This document shows, piece after piece, positions 25,540 to 34,350 of a stretch of 64,000 nucleotides of DNA (the stretch's first letter is position 1; the number at the start of each line of letters is the position of its first letter). The notes under the pieces were generated by a model. It made no database searches and was not told the origin of the DNA. It saw nothing but the letters and a program-made list of their open reading frames with translations. A program made the translations under genes and the position numbers. The DNA is from a virus (taxonomy: Duplodnaviria; Caudoviricetes). The DNA lies in IMG/VR virus record IMGVR_UViG_2832349384_000006, positions 1 through 64,000 of that record; one strand, written 5' to 3'.

Positions 25540-25890
25540 ATGGCAATCAACTATACCCGGATGCGCGCCACCGCCACACGGTTGCTCACCGAGAACGGGC
25601 AAAAGCGCGTGCTCACCCGGGGCGGGAAAGTGACGCGGGTAAACGGGAAAGAGGTGCGATTACCCGACGAAAAGGCGGATGTGATCGGCGTTGTGACGGA
25701 ATACAAGCCGGGAGAAATTGACGGCACGCTGATTCAGAACGGTGACGTGCTGTTGGTGGCAACCTACCAGACGGAAATCCGTATCGACGACCGCATTGAG
25801 ATCGACGGGAAAAAATATCGCGTGGTTCATCCGCATCCGGTTAAGCCGGCAGCGGTGCTGATCTGCTACCGCGCACAGCTGAGGGCATGA
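25540..25890 (+). CDS. Head closure / head-tail joining protein
   Basis: Position and beta-rich pattern. Confidence 0.65.
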   Translation: MAINYTRMRATATRLLTENGQKRVLTRGGKVTRVNGKEVRLPDEKADVIGVVTEYKPGEIDGTLIQNGDVLLVATYQTEIRIDDRIEIDGKKYRVVHPHPVKPAAVLICYRAQLRA

Positions 25891-25891
25891 C

Positions 25892-26476
25892 ATGGCAGAA
25901 AACGACGCGTTCATGCAGGCGATCACTGCCTTCGTGGACAAGGCAAAGGCCAACCAGGCGCAGGTAGTCCGCGCAACGGGGATCCGCATCCTCACGCAAC
26001 TGGTTCAGATGTCGCCCGTAGGCAATCCCGACTTGTGGGAGGTGAACGCCACCGCCAAAGCCTATAACGACGCGGTCGCAGAACACAACGATGCGCAGCG
26101 CAACGATCCGGCCAACCTGACACCGACCGGGCGCCTGAAAAAGCGCGCCAGGGTATCCGACAGCATGGATATCAAGGCGCCGGCCGGTTATACCGGCGGC
26201 CGGTTCCGCGGCAACTGGCAGGTGGGGTTGGATGCGGCGCCGCAAGGTGAAACCGGCCAGGTGGATAAATCGGGTGGTAAAACGCTGGCCGCTGGCACGC
26301 TGGTGATCGAGCGTTTTCGTGTCGGCATGCAAGCGGTGTACTTCACGAATAACGTTCCCTATGCCTACCCGTTGGAGTTTGGTCACTCGTCGCAGGCGCC
26401 TGGCGGCATGGTGCGGATCACCGCTGCCGATTTCCAGCGTCATTTCCAGGCAGCCGTATCGGAGGTGAAATCGTGA
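25892..26476 (+). CDS. HK97 gp10-like neck/tail completion protein
   Basis: SPVGNP...GRFRGNWQ and NNVPYAYPLEFGHSSQAPGG motifs. Confidence 0.8.
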   Translation: MAENDAFMQAITAFVDKAKANQAQVVRATGIRILTQLVQMSPVGNPDLWEVNATAKAYNDAVAEHNDAQRNDPANLTPTGRLKKRARVSDSMDIKAPAGYTGGRFRGNWQVGLDAAPQGETGQVDKSGGKTLAAGTLVIERFRVGMQAVYFTNNVPYAYPLEFGHSSQAPGGMVRITAADFQRHFQAAVSEVKS

Positions 26477-26886
26477 GTCATACCCGAGTAGCCGAACTGC
26501 TCGAAGCGCGCCTGGGTGAATGGGCAGATGGTAAAGGCGTGCCTGTAGTGTGGGACAACATCGCGGAAAACCCGCCGGATACGCTCTATCTTCAGGCCTA
26601 CGCGATGCCGGCGACCACGACGACGATCGACCTGGCGGAAAAGCTGCAGGTGCTGCCGGGCGTCTGGCAGATCAACGTCGTGGCGAAGGCCGGCGACGGC
26701 GTCAGTGGCGCCCGCGCGCTAGCCGATGAGGTGGCCGCTTTGTTCCCTGTTGGCCTGGCGCTCAGCGATGAGGGGATCACCTGCTACATCAGCACGCCGC
26801 CGACGGTTTACCGTGGCATCACGTCAGACACCCGCTATTCCATCCCCGTCAGCATGAGCTATCGCGCTCACCTCATCACACACTGA
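26473..26886 (+). CDS. Tail terminator-like protein
   Basis: Position before the tail tube gene. Confidence 0.7.
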   Translation: MSHTRVAELLEARLGEWADGKGVPVVWDNIAENPPDTLYLQAYAMPATTTTIDLAEKLQVLPGVWQINVVAKAGDGVSGARALADEVAALFPVGLALSDEGITCYISTPPTVYRGITSDTRYSIPVSMSYRAHLITH

Positions 26887-26929
26887 CCGCCGCGGCGGTT
26901 TTTTTATGCCCAAAATTGGAGAATCCACT

Positions 26930-27586
26930 ATGGCATTTGCATTACCAAACGGCGCCACGGTTTTCGCTGGTTCCAAGATGGCGGCAGCGCTGCCAACGTC
27001 AGCGGTTAGTAACGCCAAGGGCGCGGTGTTTACCGTGGCAAATGGCACCCTGGCCGCCGATGACATTGTGCTCATCAAATCAGGCTGGGGAAACATCGAC
27101 AACCTGGTCGCCAAAGTGACAGCGGCGACGGCAACGGCGGTGACGATCGGTGCACTGGATACGTCGAATACCAAATTTTTCCCGGCGGGCGGCGCCGCCG
27201 GTGCGCTTATCAAAATCACCGAATGGACGCAGATCCCACAAATCACTGAAGTGGGGGCGTCTGGAGGCGATCAGCAGTACGTGCAGATCCAGTTCCTTGA
27301 GGACGACCGCCAGCGCAACCTGGCGACGTACAAGGCAGCCAAGACCCAGACGTTTACCTTTGCGCATGATTCAACGTTGCCGATTTATGACGTCCTGACC
27401 GCTGCCGATCGCGTTGGCGACATTCTGCCGTTTTACATGTATGTGCCGACGGCAAAAGAAACCCGTTACTGGTCCGGCACGCCATCCTTTGACCCACAGC
27501 CGGCAACGGCCGTGAACCAGGTGGAAACTGTGCAGGTATCGATCGCGGTACAGTCCCGCACCATGACGTTCTACAAGGACAAGTAA
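26930..27586 (+). CDS. Major tail tube protein
   Basis: MAFALPNGA start, W..IPQI motif. Confidence 0.8.
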   Translation: MAFALPNGATVFAGSKMAAALPTSAVSNAKGAVFTVANGTLAADDIVLIKSGWGNIDNLVAKVTAATATAVTIGALDTSNTKFFPAGGAAGALIKITEWTQIPQITEVGASGGDQQYVQIQFLEDDRQRNLATYKAAKTQTFTFAHDSTLPIYDVLTAADRVGDILPFYMYVPTAKETRYWSGTPSFDPQPATAVNQVETVQVSIAVQSRTMTFYKDK

Positions 27587-27631
27587 TTTTAACCCTCGGG
27601 GCGCAAGCCCCATTTTTTCGCAGGTTCCGAC

Positions 27632-27985
27632 ATGACAGCAAAATTTACCCTGGTCCCAAACTCGACGTTTAAAAAAGACGTCACAATCCCGCGCGCCGGC
27701 GCAGAAGATGGCGTGCTGACGTTCACGTTCAAGCACAAGACCCGCAGCCAGCTGGAAGCGCTGGAAAACACCCTGCGCGAGGCGACGGAAAAGCAGATTG
27801 AGGCCGGCAGCCACGGCAGTGCGCCGATGGTGGCATTCATCGAGGAAATCGCCGCGGGCTGGGCGCTGCCTGACGAGTTCAACAGCGAGAACGTGCTGGT
27901 GCTGCTGGAAAACTACCCGCGTGCGTTCGACTCTATCGCCATGACCTACACCCGCGAGCTGATGGCGATCCGAGAAAAAAACTAA
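27632..27985 (+). CDS. Tail assembly chaperone (lambda G equivalent)
   Basis: Ends in slippery A AAA AAC (27976-27982) before TAA. Confidence 0.85.
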   Translation: MTAKFTLVPNSTFKKDVTIPRAGAEDGVLTFTFKHKTRSQLEALENTLREATEKQIEAGSHGSAPMVAFIEEIAAGWALPDEFNSENVLVLLENYPRAFDSIAMTYTRELMAIREKN

Positions 27986-28287
27986 CAGCGGTTGCCTCGG
28001 CGTTCTATACGCCTGACCCGTCGCCGGAAGAACTGGCCGCATTTGGGTTAACGCCCGAGGACGTCAAAGGGGAGCCGATCGACGTGCTCCCCGACGTGTG
28101 GCCAGTGTTCGAGGTGTTCCGGGCAATGGCGACGCAATGGCGTACCGGTATGGGCGGCGTCACCGGGTTGGATTACAACTGCCTGCCCTGGGTGATGAAA
28201 TTGCACGGCGTCGACGATGAGGCAACCGCGTTAACGGATATCAGGGTGATGGAAGCCGCTGCGCTTGCCACCATCCATAAAAAATAA
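27979..28287 (+). CDS. Frameshift extension of the chaperone (lambda T equivalent, DUF1799-like)
   Basis: -1 frame open from the slip site: KLTAVASAFYTPDP...QWRTGMGGVTGLDY. Confidence 0.85.
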   Translation, partial: KLTAVASAFYTPDPSPEELAAFGLTPEDVKGEPIDVLPDVWPVFEVFRAMATQWRTGMGGVTGLDYNCLPWVMKLHGVDDEATALTDIRVMEAAALATIHKK

Positions 28288-28326
28288 TGGCCCGCCGCGC
28301 GGGCTTTTTACTGCACGGAGCCCCGC

Positions 28327-31254
28327 ATGACAGACATTGCATCGATCTCCCTGCGCGTCGATACCGGCGACCTGCAGCGCGGCAACAGCGAGCTGGATAA
28401 ATTCCAGAAAACTGCTGCAGGCGCCGCCGGCGCGGCTGACGGTTTCAATGCCTCGGGCAAAGAGACGGCCAAAGTATCGAAAGAGGTGGCGCATGAGGTC
28501 GAGGAAACGCACAAACGGGTAGCGGAATACAGCCGCCGCCTGCGCGAGAGCCAGACCACGGCGACGGCATCCGGCCGGGCGCAGGACCAGCTGACCGAAT
28601 CTTACTTTCGCCAGATTGACCGGATCAAGCAGCTCGGCACCGGCACGCAGGAATTGCGCGCCATTCAGTCGCAGGTGCGCGCCGCCCGCGCCGCCGGCAA
28701 CATCACGCAAAACGACTACCTGACGCTCACCAGCCACGCCGCGGATAAAATGCGCGAGCTGACCAAAGCCGAAGAGGCATCGGCGGCCGCCAAATCGATC
28801 TTCATCCAAAAGCTGAAAGACCAGGTGGCAACGCAGAACCTTTCGCGGGAAGAGCTGCTGCGCTACCGCGCTGCGCAGTTGGGCGTTGGTTCTGCAGCGG
28901 AAATCTACATCAAAAAGCTGTCCACCGCTGGCGACGCCACGCATAAATTCAGTTTGCAGACGTCGGCCGCCCGCCGGGAGCTGGGCGTTATGCTCGGAGA
29001 GCTGGCGCGCGGGAACCTGGGCGCCTTGCGCGGCTCCAGCATCACCCTGGCGAATCGGTCCGGGCTGATCGACCAGTTGATGACGTTTCGCGGCGCAGCG
29101 GTCGCAGGATCAATAGGGCTTGTTGCAGCTGCGTTTGGCGGTCTCGCCATTGCATACGAGAAGGGAAGTGCGGAAGCCAGAGAATTTAACCGCTCGATCA
29201 TCCTGACAGGTAACTATGCTGGACTGACGTCCGATCGTTTGGCTCTCATGGCCGACAAGGTTGCGGATTCAACCAATAGCACTGTAAGCAAGTCCGCCCA
29301 GGCTTTGGCAACCCTCAACTCATCGGGCGAATTTACAGCTTCACAGCTAAGTATGATCGCCACAGCAGCGATCAATATGGAACAGGCTACCGGCCAATCC
29401 ATAGAGAAAACCGCCGAGCAATTCAAGTCATTGCAAGGTGAGCCACTGAAAGCTGTCGTGGCACTCAATGACCAATATCACTTCCTAACCTCGACGGTTT
29501 ACGACCAGATCGCGGCGCAAATTGAAGCAGGAAACACCCGGAAAGCCCAGGAAATTGCGGAGCAATCCTATGCGCGTGCCATTAATGAGCGCGCGATGGA
29601 AATTAAAGAAGGGCTAGGGGTTCTTGAGTCTGCCTGGGATGGCATTGGTCGGGCTGCCTCGTGGGCGTGGGATAAAATGCTCGGGATAGGACGAGATGAT
29701 CCGGTCGCCAGGTTGGAGAAAGCGCGTGCAGTTCTCAATTCTCCTGTAACGTCTTCGTCTGCAAAAGATAAGGCTATGGGGGACATACTCAATAGCCTGG
29801 TGGGTAATCTGCAGGCGGACTTGCAAGGTGCTCAGCAGCAGGCCGCGAACGACAGAATTAAAGCGTTGCAAAAAGTTGACTCCCTTGAAAAATCCATGGA
29901 GTCGAACGCAGAAAAACGCGTAAAGCTCCACAAGGAAATTAACGAGCAACTCCGATTAGGCTACATCACCCAAGAACGGGCTGACAAACTCAATGCCCGG
30001 ATCGATGAAAAATTCAAAGACCCGAAAACACCGAAGGGACGCCAGTACACGGCGCCGGCCGGTGATCGAGCCGACGAAAAAGCGCAGGCTGATTTGTTGG
30101 CGCTCCAGGCTCAGCTCAAAGTGCTGCAGGAACATCGCAGCATCAATGACACCATCAGCCAACAACGCAAGGATTTGTGGGCGGAGCAGGCGAAATTTGC
30201 CGTTCTGGAGCAGGCAGCCGATAAGCGGAAGCTGACTGCGCAAGAGCAATCTCTGCTATCCAGCAAAGATAGCGTGCTGGCGCAAAAGGAACGGCTGGCG
30301 GTTCTCGGTGACGAGGTCGTCAAACAGGAGCGGCTAAACAAACTTCAGGACGCTTCGTCCAAGTATGTCACCCAGATGAGCGAGAAGCGTCAGGCGCTGC
30401 GTGAAAGCGCCGGCTTGAGCGATCGGGATGCGCGGCGCCGCATGGAAGAGGCGCAGCTCGCGCAGGGGTGGCAGAATCAGGGCGGTAGCCTGCAAGATGA
30501 CGGTTACAAGCGGCAGCTGCAGGCGGCACGTGATTTTTACACCGAAGAAGACAAGCTGCGAGCCGATTGGAAAAAAGGCGCATTGAAAGGCTGGAACGAA
30601 TATCTGGACTCAGCGACCAATGTCTATTCCTCAGTCGCGAATGTCGCCAATGCTGCATTCACTGGGCTGAGCGACACGCTTACCAGCCTTGCGACAACCG
30701 GATCGGCCAACGTTAAAAGTTTCGGCGTCTCTATGCTGAAAATGGTGGTGGACGTCATCAACAAGCTATTGGTGGCTTACGCCGTTCAGGCGGCTATGGG
30801 GTGGATTGGTAGCTCGCTCAGTGCGCCATCTGGCGGCAATAACCCCGGCGCAGTACCAATGGGGTTACATTACGACGGCGGTTATACCGGCGACGGCGGC
30901 AAGTACGAGCCTAAAGGCATCGTGCACGGCGGTGAATTCGTGTTCACCAAAGAGGCGACTCGCAATATTGGTGTTGGCAACTTGTACGCCATGATGCACA
31001 GCGCCCAGGGTTACGCGGACGGCGGCTATGTAGGTAACGCGCCAATGCACGGGCTCACGGCGGCGGGAGGTAATTCGATCGTTGTTCATGCGCCGGTCAC
31101 CATCACGCAGGAGAGTAGTAATGGTGGCGACGTCAGCGCAGCGAATACCGCCAACACAGCCCGGCAGTTGCAGGGGATTGTCCAGACCGAAATCACCGAT
31201 CGCCTGAAGCGCGAGATGTCGCCGGGGGGATTGTTATATTCAGGACGCAGATAA
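28327..31254 (+). CDS. Tape measure protein
   Basis: 975 aa helical, Ala/Gln-rich; follows the G/T pair. Confidence 0.92.
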   Translation: MTDIASISLRVDTGDLQRGNSELDKFQKTAAGAAGAADGFNASGKETAKVSKEVAHEVEETHKRVAEYSRRLRESQTTATASGRAQDQLTESYFRQIDRIKQLGTGTQELRAIQSQVRAARAAGNITQNDYLTLTSHAADKMRELTKAEEASAAAKSIFIQKLKDQVATQNLSREELLRYRAAQLGVGSAAEIYIKKLSTAGDATHKFSLQTSAARRELGVMLGELARGNLGALRGSSITLANRSGLIDQLMTFRGAAVAGSIGLVAAAFGGLAIAYEKGSAEAREFNRSIILTGNYAGLTSDRLALMADKVADSTNSTVSKSAQALATLNSSGEFTASQLSMIATAAINMEQATGQSIEKTAEQFKSLQGEPLKAVVALNDQYHFLTSTVYDQIAAQIEAGNTRKAQEIAEQSYARAINERAMEIKEGLGVLESAWDGIGRAASWAWDKMLGIGRDDPVARLEKARAVLNSPVTSSSAKDKAMGDILNSLVGNLQADLQGAQQQAANDRIKALQKVDSLEKSMESNAEKRVKLHKEINEQLRLGYITQERADKLNARIDEKFKDPKTPKGRQYTAPAGDRADEKAQADLLALQAQLKVLQEHRSINDTISQQRKDLWAEQAKFAVLEQAADKRKLTAQEQSLLSSKDSVLAQKERLAVLGDEVVKQERLNKLQDASSKYVTQMSEKRQALRESAGLSDRDARRRMEEAQLAQGWQNQGGSLQDDGYKRQLQAARDFYTEEDKLRADWKKGALKGWNEYLDSATNVYSSVANVANAAFTGLSDTLTSLATTGSANVKSFGVSMLKMVVDVINKLLVAYAVQAAMGWIGSSLSAPSGGNNPGAVPMGLHYDGGYTGDGGKYEPKGIVHGGEFVFTKEATRNIGVGNLYAMMHSAQGYADGGYVGNAPMHGLTAAGGNSIVVHAPVTITQESSNGGDVSAANTANTARQLQGIVQTEITDRLKREMSPGGLLYSGRR

Positions 31255-31293
31255 ACGGCCAGCCGCAACGCTGGCTTTTTTTATGGGGGGAAA

Positions 31294-31635
31294 ATGGCGG
31301 TTGATACCTTTATCTGGCGAACGCAGGCGCAGCCGACAGGCTCGGAGAATATGAACGTGATCGCCGTTCAGTTTGGCGATGGCTATAAGCAGGTGGCCAG
31401 CAGCGGCCTGAATGCCACGGCTCAATCGTGGACGTTGAGCCTTACCGACACAAAATCCAACGTGGCGCCGATCCGAGCGTTCTTGCAAAAACACGTCATC
31501 AAATCGTTTTTCTGGGTAAACCCCTGGGGTGAGAAAAAGCTCTATCGGGTGAAAGCGGATTCGATTTCCTCGACGTTTCTCGCCGCTGAGGTGATCACCT
31601 TGTCATTCACCTTTGAAGAGGCCTTCGCACCATGA
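31294..31635 (+). CDS. Minor tail protein M-like
   Basis: QFGDGYKQ and FFWVNPWG motifs. Confidence 0.85.
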   Translation: MAVDTFIWRTQAQPTGSENMNVIAVQFGDGYKQVASSGLNATAQSWTLSLTDTKSNVAPIRAFLQKHVIKSFFWVNPWGEKKLYRVKADSISSTFLAAEVITLSFTFEEAFAP

Positions 31636-32369
31636 GTTTAACGCAAGATCTACAGTCGCTGGAGCCAGGACAGCTAATCCAGCTGGTTGAAGTCGACGGT
31701 ACGGCGTTTGGTATGGACCGCGTGCTGCGCTTCCATGCGCACAACATACCGGCTGACGGCTGGGCATCGTTCGCCGCCGAGAACATGCCATCGATCATCT
31801 GGCAGGGCAACGAATACGACCCTCACCCGTATGAATTTAAAGGCGCTGAGTTGACGAGCACCGGAGCGCAGCCAACGCCGACGCTGTCGATTGGCAACAT
31901 CGGAAACTATGTAACGTCCTTATGCCTGGCTTACGACGATATGGTTCAGGCGAAGGTGCGCATTCGAACGACGATGGCGAAATATCTCGACGCTGCCAAC
32001 TGGAAAGCCGGCAACCCCAGCGCGATGCCGACCGAAGAGCGGGTGCAGCTTTTCTACATCAACGCCAAAAAGGCCGAGACGCGCGCCCAGATCGACTTTG
32101 AGTTATGTACCCCGTTTGATATCCAGAACCTGCAGCTGCCGACCCGGCAGATCACACCGGTTTGCACCTGGTGCATGCGCGGCTGGTATCGCACCGGTAC
32201 CGGGTGCGACTACAACGGCAATCGTTATTTCAAGAAAGACGGCACTCCAACGGACGATCCTGCGCAGGATGTTTGCGGCGGCCGACGGCGCGATTGCGAG
32301 GATCGTCACGGAAAAGGGAATCCGCTGCCTTATGGTGGCTTTCCAGCGGCCAACCTGCAGGGGAAATAA
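31632..32369 (+). CDS. Minor tail protein L-like
   Basis: C-terminal Fe-S Cys pattern (CTW...CDY...DVCGG...C...YGGFP). Confidence 0.9.
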   Translation: MSLTQDLQSLEPGQLIQLVEVDGTAFGMDRVLRFHAHNIPADGWASFAAENMPSIIWQGNEYDPHPYEFKGAELTSTGAQPTPTLSIGNIGNYVTSLCLAYDDMVQAKVRIRTTMAKYLDAANWKAGNPSAMPTEERVQLFYINAKKAETRAQIDFELCTPFDIQNLQLPTRQITPVCTWCMRGWYRTGTGCDYNGNRYFKKDGTPTDDPAQDVCGGRRRDCEDRHGKGNPLPYGGFPAANLQGK

Positions 32370-32371
32370 CG

Positions 32372-33091
32372 ATGCGAAAAAAATTACTGGCGGCCATCCG
32401 CCTACACGTGGCCGCTGAATACCCGAACGAGGCCTGTGGGGTGATCATCGAGACGGGAAAGCAGCAGCGGTATATCCCCTGTAAAAACATTGCCGACAAG
32501 CCTATGGACTATTTCACGCTTTGCCCGCTCGACTATGCTGCTGCCGAAGAATTGGGCGAGGTGATCATGGTGGTTCACTCTCACCCTGATGTTGTGCAGC
32601 TCATTCCCTCGGAGTTCGACCGCATCCAGTGCGACCATTCCGGCGTGGAGTGGGGGATCATGTCCTGGCCGGACGGTGACTTTTGCACAATCTCGCCGCG
32701 GGGGGACCGCGCACTGGTTGGCCGGCGTTGGGTGCTGGGTTATGCCGACTGCTGGACGCTCATCATGGATTATTACCGCCAGCATCACGGCATCTTCTTG
32801 AAAAATTATTCGGTGCCGCGCGAATGGTGGATCGATGGGAAAGAAAACATCTATGACGACAACTGGCAGGCTGAGGGGTTTGTCGAAGTGTCGTCCGAAG
32901 CTATCCGACCGGGCGACATGGTGATGATGCAGATCAGCGCGCCGGTAACCAACCATGCGGCGATTTACCTCGGCGACAACACCATCCTGCACCACAACTT
33001 CGGGAACCTGTCGGCGCGGGTACCGTACGGGAAATATTACCGTGATCGCACCGTGCGGGTGGTTCGACACAAGGAGCTATTGGATGCTTAA
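32372..33091 (+). CDS. Tail assembly protein K (JAB + NlpC/P60)
   Basis: EACG, VHSHPD, DCWTL and NHAAIYLG motifs. Confidence 0.9.
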   Translation: MRKKLLAAIRLHVAAEYPNEACGVIIETGKQQRYIPCKNIADKPMDYFTLCPLDYAAAEELGEVIMVVHSHPDVVQLIPSEFDRIQCDHSGVEWGIMSWPDGDFCTISPRGDRALVGRRWVLGYADCWTLIMDYYRQHHGIFLKNYSVPREWWIDGKENIYDDNWQAEGFVEVSSEAIRPGDMVMMQISAPVTNHAAIYLGDNTILHHNFGNLSARVPYGKYYRDRTVRVVRHKELLDA

Positions 33092-33701
33092 AAAAATCAC
33101 GCTCAAGGGAGCGATGGGTAAAAAGTTCGGCCGGCATCATGAGTATGCGGTCGCGGATTTGCGCGAAGCGCTGCGCGCAATGTGTGCCACCATCCCAGGC
33201 TTTAAAAAATACATGTCCACGGCTCACATCGACGGGATCCGCTTTGCATTTTTCAGCGGGCGGGAAAATATTGGCATCGAAGAATTCGACATGGCCAAAG
33301 GTGCTGATGAATTCGTGATCATGCCGATAATTGAGGGCGCCAAGCGTGGTGGTGTGCTGCAGGTGGTGATCGGCGCTGTGGCATTGGTGGCCGCGTTCTT
33401 CACTGCAGGTGCATCGATGGCAGCCTGGGGGGCAGCACTTTCCGCCGGTGCCATGTCAGCAACAACCGTGCTCACCGGGATCGGCATCAGCATGATGCTC
33501 GGCGGTGTGGTGCAGCTGCTTACGCCTCAGCCCAGCATGAACATTGGCGCGTCCTCAAGTACCGACAACAAACCCAACTATGCTTTCGGCGCGCCGGTGA
33601 ACACCGTGGCGATGGGGTACCCGGTACCGGTGCTTTACGGCGAACGGGAGATCGGCGGCGCTATCATCAGCGCCGGCATTTTCTCAAGCGACCAGCAGTG
33701 A
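33084..33701 (+). CDS. Tail assembly protein I
   Basis: GYPVPVLYGEREIGGAIISA C-terminus. Confidence 0.9.
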   Translation: MLKKITLKGAMGKKFGRHHEYAVADLREALRAMCATIPGFKKYMSTAHIDGIRFAFFSGRENIGIEEFDMAKGADEFVIMPIIEGAKRGGVLQVVIGAVALVAAFFTAGASMAAWGAALSAGAMSATTVLTGIGISMMLGGVVQLLTPQPSMNIGASSSTDNKPNYAFGAPVNTVAMGYPVPVLYGEREIGGAIISAGIFSSDQQ

Positions 33702-34091
33702 TTATCTTACCTTCAAAAAGTTGCGGAGTTTCTCTGAACATTTGACCAGTGCCGCGCAAGATTTCGCATCACGATTGGACCTGGCAACGCTAAAAGCATC
33801 GTCAAAATTCTTGATCAGGGTGGTGAACTTTTTCGCCTGTCTCGGTGTTAGCCGTCGCTTTGTTTTGGTCACCCGCTCATCCCAAAACATGGGAGAAAAA
33901 ACATAGTGGCCATCACTGCGCCAATAGACTTCCATCTGCTCCAGGTACTCAACAATTGGCTCTGCCAACTCGTTAAACTCTTTTCGCTTTGTATTTTCTG
34001 AGTCGACTTTACGGTTAATGAAATATGTAGCAACTATCGCTGTTACCGATGTAATCAGGGATAGAGAGGATACAAGCAAACTAACATCCAT
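33702..34091 (-). CDS. Moron: 129-aa protein with N-terminal TM segment, unknown function
   Basis: AT-rich, opposite strand, inserted between tail I and J; TATAAT on the minus strand at 34262-34267. Confidence 0.75.
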   Translation of the reverse strand: MDVSLLVSSLSLITSVTAIVATYFINRKVDSENTKRKEFNELAEPIVEYLEQMEVYWRSDGHYVFSPMFWDERVTKTKRRLTPRQAKKFTTLIKNFDDAFSVARSNRDAKSCAALVKCSEKLRNFLKVR

Positions 34092-34350
34092 GTGAGGCCC
34101 TTATGCACGTATTAGATTTCCTTGTTTCTCATGGCGAGCTTATAAAGGAATGTATTTTTTACTGGGGATGCTTCTCGCTACCCATCTTTGCAATTTTTCT
34201 GACATTGAAAGTGTCTGGCTACTTCCGGTTTTTCCGGTGAAGAAATGCTTTCTTTGCTGAAATTATAAGCAAAAGTATCGCAAAGCAAACCCTGACATTT
34301 CCACAGTATTAACCTGGCTCGCTCACGCGGGCTTTTTTTATGGGTGAAAA

